The notes beneath the pieces were generated by a model. That model saw only the letters and a program-made list of their open reading frames with translations. It was not told the DNA's origin and searched no databases. A stretch of DNA of 64,000 nucleotides from Polyangiaceae bacterium. GTDB lineage: Bacteria; Myxococcota_A; Polyangia; Polyangiales; Polyangiaceae. The position numbers were made by a program, and so were the translations under genes. Positions 1 through 13,041 of this stretch are shown piece after piece (the stretch's first letter is position 1; each line of letters begins with the position of its first letter). The DNA lies in assembly GCA_965222375.1 (NCBI GenBank), contig CBDCTZ010000012.1:1-64000 (forward strand). The letters are read 5' to 3'.

Positions 1-1359
1 CTTTGCTGCCAGCGTCTGGGCTCGCTGCGCGTTGGGGGCGGAGGCGGCAGCTCGGCCGCGCCTGCCCGAGCCGCTGCACGAGAGAAGACACTGCGCCGAA
101 CGGAGCGACCGCTAAAGAGGTCCTTTAGCCAGAGGTTGTCCGAGTTCAACGACGGGAGGTTTCGCGGAGCTGTGTCGTCGCCAAGTCGAAGCAGCTCGCG
201 GACGTAGCCAGCGTTGGCGATGACCTCCCGCGACCAACACCAGTGCCGGGCCAGAGGCCACGTGAGACCGATCGCGGTGAGAGCAGCGGTCGGCCAATGA
301 GGTGCAAGCCGTCGGGCCTGTTTCCATGGGTTCTGCCCGCCGTAGAAAGCCGGGTAGCAAGCAAGCGTGCGGGCATAGAGCTCGAAAGCGCTCATTCGCT
401 TCGGCCGGATCACCACGTGCTGCATGTCGTACAGTTCCCAGTCTCGGATGAAGATGCGTTCTTCCCGCTCCAGCTTCTTCCACATGGGGGTTCCCGGGTA
501 CGGCGTGAGCGGCATGAAACCAGCCAAGGTGCAGCCGGCGTCGCGGGCGAAGCGCACGGTCTCGCCGAAGGCCTCGGGCCCGTCGTGATCAGTGCCGAGC
601 AAGAAAAAGCCGTTCAGCAAGATCCCTCGTTCGCGCAGGCGAGCGACGCCACGCCGCACGTCACGAACGCTTTGCCCCTTGCCTATGACCCGCAGGCTCT
701 CGGTGCCTGAGAGAACTGCCGAAGACGCGAGTGATCGAACAGTAGGTGCACGCCTGATCGCAGCCCCGCGTCAGCATCGTGCTGTACATCGTGCGGTTGA
801 GGGGATAGCGCAGCTTGCTGGCAGCGCCTTGAATCAAGTCGACTCGTGGCCAGGGCAAGCGATCGAGCTGTTCCGTGGTCAGCGGCGCGCGCGTCGGGTT
901 CTCGATTACCTTGTCGGCCTGGCGGTAGGTGAGTCCGCGGATCCCGTCGAGGGCGGAGCCGTGCCGTCGCGCGAGGACCAACTCGCGCAGCGTGTGTTCG
1001 CCCTCGCCTCGGACGACGAAGTCCGCGTGCTCGATGGCCTCTGCGGAGTTCAAAGTCGCGTGGGCACCGCCCAGCACCACGGGGATGCCGAGGGCGCGAA
1101 CGGCATCAGCGATTCGATACCCCTGCGGTGCGTTGCAGGTTTGAATGGAGATCCCGACCAAGTCCGCACCTTCGACCATGGCGTCGTGGTACGGGCTGAT
1201 CTGTTCGTCGTACGCGGGCGCGCTGATCCCCTCGCGTTCGAGGACTTGCTTCAAGATGGATAGCCCCGCGTGCGTATTGACCAAGCCAGGGACCTTTTGA
1301 GCGGACAGGTAGCCCGAGTAGCGGCGCATGGCGGGGTAGATCAGGATGACTTTTCTCAT
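1..1359 (-). pseudogene. B12-binding radical SAM protein, broken by an internal deletion/frameshift near 696-704; C-terminal frame runs off the window edge
   Basis: ORF 661..1359 has a B12-binding-like N-terminus (GGAHAT, VVRGEGE) and TRGCDQACTYC (CxxxCxxC). A second frame from ~700 reads ESLRVIGKGQ...GFFLLGTDHD...LTPYPGTP...DWELYDMQHVV and stays open to base 1. Confidence 0.85.
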
Positions 1360-1408
1360 CTAAGTTCACCGAGCTGATTGCAGCGATGGAAGATTGAGGG
1401 GAGCACTG

Positions 1409-1849
1409 ATGGCCCACGACCTATTCTCGACAGCCTACTTCGGAGAGCTCAAGAAACTCATCCAAGCCGAAGTCAGACAATTCGAACAACTCGGCTTCTT
1501 CGACACCACCTTCGGCGTCCGCGTCCTGCCGGACCGGGATTCCGACGAGCAGTTGCACCTGCTCGAGTTCGACACGTTCTCGTGTAATGGGATACGGCAA
1601 GTGCCCAATGCAGCTCTGCCCGACGGGGTCGACTTTGTGCTGGAAGCACCACTCAGCGTCTGGAGAGAAATGCTCTCGAGCGTAGGCGAAAGGGGGCGCA
1701 TCGATGCCGCCCACAGCATCAACACTCTCACCCATCACGACGATCCAATACGCGTGGCATCTTCAGACCCTCTCGGCCACGACAAGCTGTTCCGCTTTTC
1801 GGAAAGCGTACAATTGGTGTTCGACCTGGCTGGCAGAATAGGGAGCTGA
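1409..1849 (+). CDS. Hypothetical protein, possibly SCP2/sterol-carrier-like fold
   Basis: GAGGGGAG RBS before ATG 1409; DFVLEAPLSVWREML resembles SCP2-like proteins (weak). Confidence 0.65.
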   Translation: MAHDLFSTAYFGELKKLIQAEVRQFEQLGFFDTTFGVRVLPDRDSDEQLHLLEFDTFSCNGIRQVPNAALPDGVDFVLEAPLSVWREMLSSVGERGRIDAAHSINTLTHHDDPIRVASSDPLGHDKLFRFSESVQLVFDLAGRIGS

Positions 1850-2291
1850 CGCCCCGGGCGCTGCGCGCAGGCGAAGAGCGCCGAGCGCCGCACATCGCAA
1901 AACAACGCCCGGATTCTCGCGACTTACGGGCCGAGCGAGCATTGCGACCCCCGCGCGCGCTCCGTGCGGGTCCTAGGCGTGCCCATCGTTTGGGGGGCGC
2001 ATCCCTTCGGGTATTGCCCCGTCGGGCATCGCGAGGCGCGTCACAAGCGCGTCATCGCTGGGGCGGAGCGAGCCCACTACTCTCGCTGGTTGTCACGAGA
2101 GTCCGGTTCCCCCGCGCCCGCCCACCCGAGTGCGCCTGCCCACCCGAACCGCAGGATGCAATCAAAGTTGTGTTCACGACCCAATGTCGCCGCGCAGCCC
2201 GGGTCAGAGTGTGTGCAGCGCGGCTCAGGGTGGCGAGGCGGGCCGCTCGTCTCGCTGCGCTCACACCGACATCGAGACGGGAGAAGAGACC

Positions 2292-3695
2292 ATGCATGGA
2301 CGCGATGGCAGATGGGGACTTGTTGCAGCGCTAGGACTGATCGCGTGTAGCACTGCGGTGCGACCGCCGATCCGGCCGCCACCACCGGACTGTCATGAGG
2401 AGGACGGATGCGGTGCTGCTGTTCCCGATGCCGTCAAGAGCTTCAACCAAGGGCTGCAGGCATTCGTCGTAAACGACCGACAGCAGAATTGGAGCGAGGT
2501 GAGCTGCAACGCAGTCGCGAGTCGATTCCTCTCGGCCTCAGCTGCCCAAGAAAAGCAGAAGGGCCGTGGCCTGCCCAACGCGCACTACAACGCCGGCCTT
2601 GCCTTTCAGCGCTGCGACAAGGACGCGGAAGCACGCACGCAGTTCCAACGCGCCGCCCAGTTGGATCCAGACTTCCAGCGACCCAAGGCCCAGCTTGCAC
2701 TGTATGATTTTCAACAAAGCGGCGATCTCGATCGAACCATCAAGCGGCTCGAGCGAATTATCCGCGACGCCAAGTTCCAGAACCAGGAAGCACTGGTCGG
2801 GCTCGCCGCGCTGCAGATGGGTCGCGGTAGCACGAAGACCACCGCTAACGGCGCCAACGATCTGGAGCGCGCCCGGCGCAACCTGCAACGCGCGTTGGCC
2901 CTGGACGACGGGTTCATGCCCGCGTTCAACCAATTGGCCGTTTACTACTTGGAACAGGCCAAAGCGAGGGCATCCGGCCGGCAGCCTGGACAGTTGCGTC
3001 GACGTCGCGGGCTCATCACGACGAGTGCAACGGCACACGGCGCGAACGCTCAGCAGCTGGACTTGGCCGCGCTCGTTGCATCCCAAGGGATCCGAAAGAA
3101 TGTCAAGTACGCACCACTTTACAATACGGCAGGGCTGATCCAGGTGGAGCTCAAGGATTTCAACGGCGCGGTGAAGAGTTTCGCGGCTGCTCGAAAGTTG
3201 GATTCGCGCTTCTTCGCGGCGCACATGAACTATGCGGCAGTGAATCTGTCGTTTCGCGGCTTCCGGGAAGCGGCGAAGGCCTACCGGGATGCCATCCGGC
3301 TGGAGCCGAAAGACTACGAAGCGCGTCTAGGTCTCGCGCTCGCGCTCCGTGGCCAGATCCGCCCAGGAGATCCCGACAAGCTCGTGCCCCAAGTCCAGGC
3401 GGCGTTGAACCAAGCCAAGAAGCTCGAGCCCAATCGCCCGGAGACCTACTACAACGAAGCCATCTTGACTCAGGAGTTCCGAGCCAAGGGTAGCGAGAAG
3501 TCCGCGGTCCCGGCGCTGAAGCGCGCAGCCGATTTGTACCGGCGATTCATCGCGAAGGCGGGCAATGCTCCGCGCTACCGAGAGGCCGTTGTCCGCGCCA
3601 AGGAACGGAGCCAGGACATCCGAGATACCCTGGCATTCATCCAGGCGGGTCAAAAGCGCAAAGCGCCTGCCGGCGCGTCACCACCGAAGACCTGA
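2292..3695 (+). CDS. TPR-repeat lipoprotein, GltE/AglT-like (myxobacterial gliding family)
   Basis: Lipobox LIAC; multiple TPR motifs (AHYNAGLAF, ARRNLQRALALD, YNTAGLI, AHMNYAAV, TYYNEAIL); GGAGAAGAG upstream. Confidence 0.8.
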   Translation: MHGRDGRWGLVAALGLIACSTAVRPPIRPPPPDCHEEDGCGAAVPDAVKSFNQGLQAFVVNDRQQNWSEVSCNAVASRFLSASAAQEKQKGRGLPNAHYNAGLAFQRCDKDAEARTQFQRAAQLDPDFQRPKAQLALYDFQQSGDLDRTIKRLERIIRDAKFQNQEALVGLAALQMGRGSTKTTANGANDLERARRNLQRALALDDGFMPAFNQLAVYYLEQAKARASGRQPGQLRRRRGLITTSATAHGANAQQLDLAALVASQGIRKNVKYAPLYNTAGLIQVELKDFNGAVKSFAAARKLDSRFFAAHMNYAAVNLSFRGFREAAKAYRDAIRLEPKDYEARLGLALALRGQIRPGDPDKLVPQVQAALNQAKKLEPNRPETYYNEAILTQEFRAKGSEKSAVPALKRAADLYRRFIAKAGNAPRYREAVVRAKERSQDIRDTLAFIQAGQKRKAPAGASPPKT

Positions 3696-3744
3696 ACTCG
3701 CTTCACACCTTCCGCATCTTCGACATCTGGTCCCCACCCTCGAG

Positions 3745-4188
3745 CTAGCGTGCGTCTGGAAGTTCGAGCGAGTCGACCGGGTGGAGCGTGGCGAAAGACA
3801 GGTTCTGCGGCCCTGGAGAGTTGGGCGGCTCCGGATGAAGTCGTCCCGATGCTTGGACGCGGCGGCCCTGGAGCGCTGAACTCGCATTTGGGCGCTCTCG
3901 GTCCCAGAAGGAGCCGAGCATGACTTCGGTGCCATCATCGAGCACGACGACGGGCCAGGTTTCCATGAGCTTGTGGTCTTTGCCGTAGATGAACTTCATC
4001 TTGAACGTGCCAACGAGGTGAACCTGCCTGCCGAAGGAGGCTTCCAGCTCCGCTGCGGTGCGGATCTTCGCGTTGTGCGAAGCCGGTTGCTGGCTTGAGC
4101 TGGCCGCCGGGTTCGAGCCACAGCCGTAGGCGAACGCCAGCAGCAGCGCGGCGGAAGCTCTTGCAGCTAGGGCAGACAGTCGGACCAC
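3745..4188 (-). CDS. Hypothetical lipoprotein, possibly OB-fold-like
   Basis: Hydrophobic signal with lipobox AYGC; TACGCT 6 nt before GTG 4188. Confidence 0.65.
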   Translation of the reverse strand: MVRLSALAARASAALLLAFAYGCGSNPAASSSQQPASHNAKIRTAAELEASFGRQVHLVGTFKMKFIYGKDHKLMETWPVVVLDDGTEVMLGSFWDRERPNASSALQGRRVQASGRLHPEPPNSPGPQNLSFATLHPVDSLELPDAR

Positions 4189-4276
4189 GCGCGCAGCGTA
4201 GCAGAGCCATTGCGGGGAGCGGTCCGCCGACATGACCGCGCACAGGTTTGCAATTATGGTGTGCTACTCTGGGTGG

Positions 4277-4480
4277 ATGAACAGCTCAATTGAGCCGGAT
4301 TGGACTGGGGTGTCGCATAGCGATGAACCCGTTGCTCCCCTCACGGAGGCGAACTTCGCAACGCGCCTAGCCAACCTCACGGCCGCCGCAAACGCGTTGG
4401 CGAAACTGCGCGGGGCAATGATCGCGCAGCATCCGGAATATGCCTCAGGACTTCCTGAAACTTCTGCAACTGCTGACTAG
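4277..4480 (+). CDS. Small hypothetical protein overlapping the nucleotidyltransferase gene (possible antitoxin-like partner)
   Basis: 67-aa ORF; TGcTACTCT extended -10 box 6 nt upstream; overlaps the next gene by 41 nt. Confidence 0.55.
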   Translation: MNSSIEPDWTGVSHSDEPVAPLTEANFATRLANLTAAANALAKLRGAMIAQHPEYASGLPETSATAD

Positions 4481-4943
4481 AGCGGGCGCTGAGTTCGTCA
4501 TTGTTGGCGGAGTGGCGGCTTTTCTGCACGGTGGAAAGCGTGTCACCTATGACGTCGATGTGGTGCCAAAACTCGATGCCGAGACCTGGCCGTCACTGAT
4601 AGACACAATTTGGAGTGCAGGAGGCCGCCCTCGCATTCCTGAATCCCGCGAGGCGATCAAAGATCTCAGGAACATCGAGAAATGGATGGTGGAAAAGGGG
4701 ATGCTGGCGCTGACCTTTCGGTCGGATGGCGGCGCCATCGAAATCGACTTGCTCGTTCAGCAGAGTCATCGATTCCAAGAACTGAGGGCGCGCGCTAAGA
4801 AGATCGATTTTGGCGGTGCTGAATTCTGGGTCGTTTCCCTCGACGACCTCATTGAAATGAAGCGTACGGCGGGGCGCCCCCAGGACCTGCTAGACGTTGC
4901 GGAACTAACGGCCATCAAGAGTCGACTTCCACGCGACGGATAG
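4440..4943 (+). CDS. Nucleotidyltransferase (DUF6036/AbiEii-like Pol-beta superfamily)
   Basis: IVGGVAAFLHG...TYDVDV motif and C-terminal LIEMKRTAGRPQDLLD. Confidence 0.85.
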   Translation: MPQDFLKLLQLLTRAGAEFVIVGGVAAFLHGGKRVTYDVDVVPKLDAETWPSLIDTIWSAGGRPRIPESREAIKDLRNIEKWMVEKGMLALTFRSDGGAIEIDLLVQQSHRFQELRARAKKIDFGGAEFWVVSLDDLIEMKRTAGRPQDLLDVAELTAIKSRLPRDG

Positions 4944-5407
4944 CGTCCGACAGGTAGCGTCCAAGGCGGACCGTGCTGCGCACGTCGGCAGGCCGCGTGG
5001 CAACCGTTACAGGGTGGCCCATGCGCGTGGACATTTGGGGACGGGGACGTGGTCGCAGGAGCCGGGGGCGGTCGCGACTGCAGTCGCGCCTCGGTTCAGT
5101 TCGGCTCCCCAAAATCCAATGCCATCCGGCGTCGTCGAATCGTTCCCGACCAGCGGTCACCGGTGGCTCCACGCGGCGTGAGGCGGGCTTCTTGCCGATT
5201 TGCTGCTGACTCGAGGCCTAAAGGGAGCTTCAAGCGCGGGTTTTATGGACTTTGGGGAGCTGGAAAGCGAGCGTCGTTGCGGCGATTTGGCGTCCTTGTT
5301 ACGCGAGTATTCCCAGGCGCTCTTCTCAGTGTGCCCTCGGCCGCGGCTCCTTTCAGCTCGGCCGCCAAACCGTTCCCGCGCCCGCGCGGCCCGTAGAAAG
5401 CACGAAC

Positions 5408-8098
<2,691 letters not shown>

Positions 8099-8610
8099 GG
8101 AGCCGTACTCTAGTTGTCCACGCTGCGTTGCCGCGTGGTAGCGGATGCGCACCTGGTAGGTGGCCGATGACTCGTCATTCGGCGTCTTTGCCGTCCCGCT
8201 CTTTCGTACAGTGACGTCGGATTGGAGTCCGCGGTTTCTGAACGTAAACCACCGTGCGGTGTCTGTGTCCGATCCTCGTGTGAGTGACCAATTCAAGGTG
8301 GTCGCCGGAGATCTTCAAGAGCCCACGCGGTCATTGGCGGAGTGGTTCTTAGCGTCCCAGGGTCGCTGTTGCTCGTCAGCGGCCTTGCGCAATTGCGTCG
8401 CGGGGTCGGGCACTGGGCCACCGCCAGCGTCCTGGTTGCGATTGGCGTACAGCTCGCTCTCATCGCTCGGTTTCTGACGCCCGCGCAGGAGATCGGTGCG
8501 CCACTGCTCTGCATCATCCTGGTGTTCGTCACCCACTTGGCGGCAGTGCTGGTGGCGTTCTTCCACGCGGAGACGAGGCGGCGCTGCTCGTTATCGGCAC
8601 AGCCTGCGCC

Positions 8611-8991
8611 TTGAGGACATCCAACCTGAGGAGGCATCGGCGGCGGCTTTGGAACCGACGAGCAGTGCGCGCACGCGCCTACCAAACAGCAGTGCATCAA
8701 CTGCGCGACAACACCCATCCCGAGGGCAAGACCGCTCTGGTCACCATCACTGCGGCCCGTATCTGCAAACAAGCCTACTGCCAGTCGGTGTGCGCACAAT
8801 CCCTTTGCGCTACGCCTGCGGTCCCCGCGAAGAGTGGCGACGCCTGCGACACCTGCTTTCAACAGAACATCGACCCCGGCAACTCTCAGGGTTGCGCCAC
8901 CGAAGTCTTCAACAACTGCCAGGCCAACACCGACTGCTGGGCGCCCTACCAGTGTATCGACAACCGAGGCTGCGACTCCAAGTCGGAGTGA
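8611..8991 (+). other. Cys-rich extracellular-protein C-terminal fragment (probable remnant)
   Basis: Last ~75 aa are Cys-rich (CQSVCAQSLC...CDTC...CQANTDC...C...C); the N-terminal part looks non-coding and has no signal peptide. Confidence 0.4.
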
Positions 8992-9164
8992 GGCTTGCAC
9001 GGGGCCGCGCCTCGCAACTCCTTCAGGCCCAAAACTCGGCCAGCCGACGCCGATGTCGCGCGGCCCGAGGCAACATCGGCTCGTCGCTTCCGTCACGCAG
9101 GTCCGCCGTGGTGTAGGTCGGACAATGCCGTCGGAGCTCGGAAAGTCTTTGCTCTGGTGTGCCT

Positions 9165-10100
9165 TCAGTCATCGTGGCGTCGGCTGCTGGCAAGGTGGCG
9201 TGAGAGAGCGGTGAAAAGGCGCAGGCGGTCGGCGGCATCCAGCGCTAGCGGGATCTGCGCCAGAGTTGCGCCGGATTCGTCGAGCAGATTCAGTGCGCCA
9301 AACCCCTTGTCGATGATCGGCGGGAGCAGTGCGAAAGGCACCAGGTCGATTCGGGCGATACGCTGAAGCGATTCTCTGCGGACCCCCCTGAACGGCCACT
9401 GGGTCGAACGCCACCGCAGGCTATGCTCTGTCAATTCGACCTCGCCAACCCTCGGAGATCGGCGCAACAGGAAAAAGAAGGCCAGCGCGAAAAGTACCAG
9501 GACAGCCGCGAGCCAGCCGCGCCCGGCCACAGCCGCGGCCACGGCGCTAGCGAGGGTGATAGCGATCAGCATCATGGCAGGTGCGAACGCAGCGCCTGGC
9601 GGCGGGATCGCGCCCCCGGGTCGTGGAATCGCGGTGTCCTTGCCACTCCACTCGATGCGGACTCTTCTTGGGTCGGCGCTCTCGCGATAACCAGATGCGT
9701 CTTGGCCATGGATCTTCAGCGCCGAACCTTCCAAGGCATCGCGTACGTCGAGCAACGGCGCAAGCTTCGCGTCACCGCGCTGGCCCTGTAGCTCGGTGTT
9801 GAGTTCGTCGACGAAGCGTTCCGCGTCAGTCCGCGACATGCCGAAGCGATTCAGCACGGCGCGGCCGCCATCTCTGCGTGAGAGAACGAGCCGCTTCCGC
9901 TCCTCGTCGGCACTGTACTCGAATCGCTCGATCTCGCTGCCGGGCAGCGCGAGCGTCGTGTCGTCTTCGAAAGTGAGCACCAGGGCGTTGCTCCCCGCAA
10001 TGAATCCGAGCCTGCGCACGCCGGCTTCATCGCGCTCGGGCAGCGTCCATTCCCTGGTGATCGTGAGCGCGGCCGAGCTGGGTGGGTCCTCTTTTGCCAA
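9165..10100 (-). CDS. Hypothetical membrane protein (2 TM, bPH-like C-terminus)
   Basis: Open frame with two hydrophobic segments; start uncertain (TTG 10100, TAGTCT upstream). Confidence 0.6.
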   Translation of the reverse strand: MAKEDPPSSAALTITREWTLPERDEAGVRRLGFIAGSNALVLTFEDDTTLALPGSEIERFEYSADEERKRLVLSRRDGGRAVLNRFGMSRTDAERFVDELNTELQGQRGDAKLAPLLDVRDALEGSALKIHGQDASGYRESADPRRVRIEWSGKDTAIPRPGGAIPPPGAAFAPAMMLIAITLASAVAAAVAGRGWLAAVLVLFALAFFFLLRRSPRVGEVELTEHSLRWRSTQWPFRGVRRESLQRIARIDLVPFALLPPIIDKGFGALNLLDESGATLAQIPLALDAADRLRLFTALSRHLASSRRHDD

Positions 10101-10246
10101 CGCCGGCGAGACTACACCTTCCGTGCGTTTGCGGGGCCGGCGCGCGCTTTTCCTTGTTCTGAAGTGTACTAGCTGGAGCGCGGGCCCGTGGCGGCAGCGC
10201 ATGTCTTCGGCCTGGTCATTGGCGCGGGGTTCAGTGGTACTTTGCG

Positions 10247-11062
10247 ATGGTGGATCCCATGGACATCGGTCGTCGGAATGCCGCGCGGGTTGCCCGGGCA
10301 CTGAGCAGGGCTGAGCCGCTGTACGATCGCTATTTCCGTTGCGAGACCGAGGGGCTCGATAACGTGCCCGCGGATCGTCCGGCGATCTTGTTCGGCAACC
10401 ATTGCGGCAGCACCTACACCCTCGAGGGGCCGCTGCTCAGCGTTGCGATTCTACGCCGTTACGGGCCCGAGCATCCTCTGTACTACATGGTGCACCGCGC
10501 GTTCTTTGACGTCCCGTGGTTGCGGGACTTTCTGCTCGATGCCGGCGCCGTGAACGCCGATCGCGACACGGCGGTTCGCGTTTTGAAAAGCGGTGGCCAG
10601 CTGATGGCGTTCCCCGGCGGTGACCGGGATTCCCACAAGCCGTTTTCCGAGCGCCACCGCATCAACTTTCACGGTCACACGGGCTTTTTGCGCCTGTCGA
10701 TCCGCCAGCGAGTGCCCCTGGTGCCCTTTGTGCATGTCGGTACCCACGAGGCGCTGTTCGTCATCTCTCGCGGCGAGCGGTTGGCCAAGGCTCTGCGACT
10801 CAAGAAGCTGGTCGGGCTCAACGTGTTTCCGCTAACCCTGAGCTTTCCCTTCGGGCTATCCCTCGGGCCGTACTTCGCGGCGATCCCGCTGCCCTCCAAG
10901 ATCCGGATCCGTGTGCTGCCGCCGCTACGCCTCTGGGAAATGGGGTACGACGATCCCGACGACAGGAATCAATGTCAGGCAGCGCTTTCGCTGATTACCG
11001 ACTTGCTCCAACAGGAGCTCGACAAGTTGGCACGTGCCCGCAAGCGCGTGTTGCTCGGGTAG
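10247..11062 (+). CDS. Lysophospholipid/glycerol acyltransferase (PlsC family)
   Basis: GNHCGS, FPGGDRD, GFLRLSIRQRVPLVP, GTHE motifs. Confidence 0.9.
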   Translation: MVDPMDIGRRNAARVARALSRAEPLYDRYFRCETEGLDNVPADRPAILFGNHCGSTYTLEGPLLSVAILRRYGPEHPLYYMVHRAFFDVPWLRDFLLDAGAVNADRDTAVRVLKSGGQLMAFPGGDRDSHKPFSERHRINFHGHTGFLRLSIRQRVPLVPFVHVGTHEALFVISRGERLAKALRLKKLVGLNVFPLTLSFPFGLSLGPYFAAIPLPSKIRIRVLPPLRLWEMGYDDPDDRNQCQAALSLITDLLQQELDKLARARKRVLLG

Positions 11063-11143
11063 ATCGCGTTTTGCGCTATCTGCGGTTTCCGCTCCGAGAG
11101 CTTCGTTACGCCCGCGGGTGGGCGTCTGCCCTCGTCGACGAAC

Positions 11144-11368
11144 CTAGCGGCGGTTTGCCCGGCATCCGTCGGCGCAAGAATCGTAGGCCAGGTCACATCC
11201 AGCGGGCATCATCGGTTGGAAGCAACTCTTCTTCGTACGGTCGCAGTCTTCCATGCAGTAGTCGGTCTTGGGGCCCTGCGGCTCCGGCGGGCCACCACAA
11301 GCCAAGAAGCCGCTCAAAACGACCGGGAGTAGAGCGATGTGTTGAATGGCGAAAGCGTATGCGAGCAT
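11144..11368 (-). CDS. Small Cys-rich lipoprotein
   Basis: Lipobox FLAC, then six Cys in a C-x3-C...C...C-x6-C-x3-C pattern. Confidence 0.6.
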   Translation of the reverse strand: MLAYAFAIQHIALLPVVLSGFLACGGPPEPQGPKTDYCMEDCDRTKKSCFQPMMPAGCDLAYDSCADGCRANRR

Positions 11369-11479
11369 GGCGACTTTCTGTCTAACCCGCGCCCGTTGCA
11401 CCGGGCGTGGCGCGCGTGAACACCTGATTGTCGCGATCATGACTGCAGGAGAGCAGAGCTCTGCGCAAGCTGTCGCGCC

Positions 11480-12772
11480 GTGAACACGACACAAAGATCT
11501 GACTTCGGCAACGCGGTGGCAATTGCGCTGGCGGGCCTCCTTTTCGTCGGCTGTGGGGGCGCCGGTTCCTCGTCGGGATCCTTCGATGCCGGCAGCGACG
11601 CCCGAGCCGACGCGGTTGCGGCGGAGCCCGCTGCCGACGCGACAACGAATGGAGTAGGGCCTGGGCTTGGGAGCGGAGGAACGCCCGGAGCCTCAGGTGG
11701 AAGTGGTGGATATGGGACGGGCGGCTCGACATCGACGGGCGGTGTGGGCGGCATTGGCGGTACTGGTGGCAGCACCTGCGCGGGACTGACCATGTGTGGT
11801 GGCGCTTGCGTGGACACCCAAACTGATCCGCTCCATTGCGGAAGCTGCGCGCCGTGTCCAACGGTCGCGAACGGGCAGGCCACGTGCAGCGCAGGCATCT
11901 GCGCGGTGCAATGCCACGTCAACTTTGCGCCGTGTTCCACGGGCTGTTGCTTGTCCGTGACGGGGAAGGTCACGTTGTTCTCGGGCTGGAAGCCGAACTC
12001 CACTTTGCTCGATGCCACTTGGGAGTGGGACGGCGCGAGCTGGCATGAGCAAAAGGTGGCCGGCCCGCCGCCGCGGTCGCTCCACGCCATGGCGTCCCTC
12101 GGCGGCAAGGTCGTGCTGTTCGGAGGACATGACAAGAAGGAACGTCTCGATGACACTTGGGAATGGGATGGCGCTGCGTGGTCTCCGAAACCGGGAGCCG
12201 CCCCATTTGCGCGGGACGCTCACGCGATGGCGACCCTCGGCAAATCCGTCGTTCTGTTCGGCGGGCGCCAGTCCGCATCCACCTTGTTGGATGACACCTG
12301 GGCTTGGAACGGCACCACGTGGAAGCGCCATCTGATCGCCGGACCAAGTCGCCGTTCGCACCATGCGATGGCCCAACTTGGCGGCAAGGTCATCCTCTTT
12401 GGTGGAATCGACAAGCTGAGCAACTTCCTAGCTGACACCTGGGAGTTCGATGGGGCGGTCTGGAAAAAGCTGAACGTGACGGGTCCTGGGGCGCGCTACG
12501 GGCACGCCATGGCCACCCTTGGAGGCAAAGTCATGTTGCTCGGTGGCTACGGATCCGACGACGCCGGGATGTGGGAGTGGGACGGCAAAGCGTGGTTCAA
12601 GCGCCCCGGGCCGACGAACAAGTCCGGCTTTCGTGACACCATGGCACCCTTGGGCAACACCCTGGTGCTGCTTCAGGTTGGCAGCACGTGGCAGTGGGAC
12701 GGTCTGAGCTGGACCAAGTTGGCAGCACCCGTCCCGGAGCCGCTGCTGCGGACGGTCATGGCCACCCGTTGA
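11480..12772 (+). CDS. Lipoprotein with Cys-rich module and Kelch-like beta-propeller
   Basis: Lipobox FVGC, Gly-rich linker, CVDTQTDPLHCGSC, repeated HAMAxLGGKVxLFGG...DTWEWDG units. Confidence 0.9.
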   Translation: MNTTQRSDFGNAVAIALAGLLFVGCGGAGSSSGSFDAGSDARADAVAAEPAADATTNGVGPGLGSGGTPGASGGSGGYGTGGSTSTGGVGGIGGTGGSTCAGLTMCGGACVDTQTDPLHCGSCAPCPTVANGQATCSAGICAVQCHVNFAPCSTGCCLSVTGKVTLFSGWKPNSTLLDATWEWDGASWHEQKVAGPPPRSLHAMASLGGKVVLFGGHDKKERLDDTWEWDGAAWSPKPGAAPFARDAHAMATLGKSVVLFGGRQSASTLLDDTWAWNGTTWKRHLIAGPSRRSHHAMAQLGGKVILFGGIDKLSNFLADTWEFDGAVWKKLNVTGPGARYGHAMATLGGKVMLLGGYGSDDAGMWEWDGKAWFKRPGPTNKSGFRDTMAPLGNTLVLLQVGSTWQWDGLSWTKLAAPVPEPLLRTVMATR

Positions 12773-13041
12773 TCAGGTCCGCCGGGTGGGCGCGCGGCGC
12801 CGGCGACGCGAGGAAAGCGCCGGTGCTCGGCTCTGTTCCACATGGACCTGCGCCAGAACGTGGCTGACCGGGTCGCCCGGATGCGAGCGAGGCCCGCCGC
12901 AGCGGGACATCCACGTCCCTGAACTCCAGGTCCTGAGCCGCGCCGAGCTGTGACCTGTGGTGTGCCTCGACGTCACTGGTCGCGCACGGCGCCACTTCAT
13001 TGGGACGCGGCCGGCTGCTGGGCGTAGGGTTGCGTCTGCAG

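Noticed and set aside
661..663. TGA of the radical SAM ORF as Sec or a programmed frameshift
   Set aside because: The continuation is in another frame and a large conserved segment is missing; a deletion explains it.
5252..5407. N-terminal extension of AcnA given by the ORF track
   Set aside because: AcnA similarity begins at ATG 5408; the extension looks non-coding. The same applies to the extended starts at 2130, 14148, 27075, 33080 and 53537.
12773..13000. Possible gene fragment on the minus strand (DLEFRDVDVP / HPGDPVSHVLAQVH)
   Set aside because: Too short and unrecognisable to support a call.
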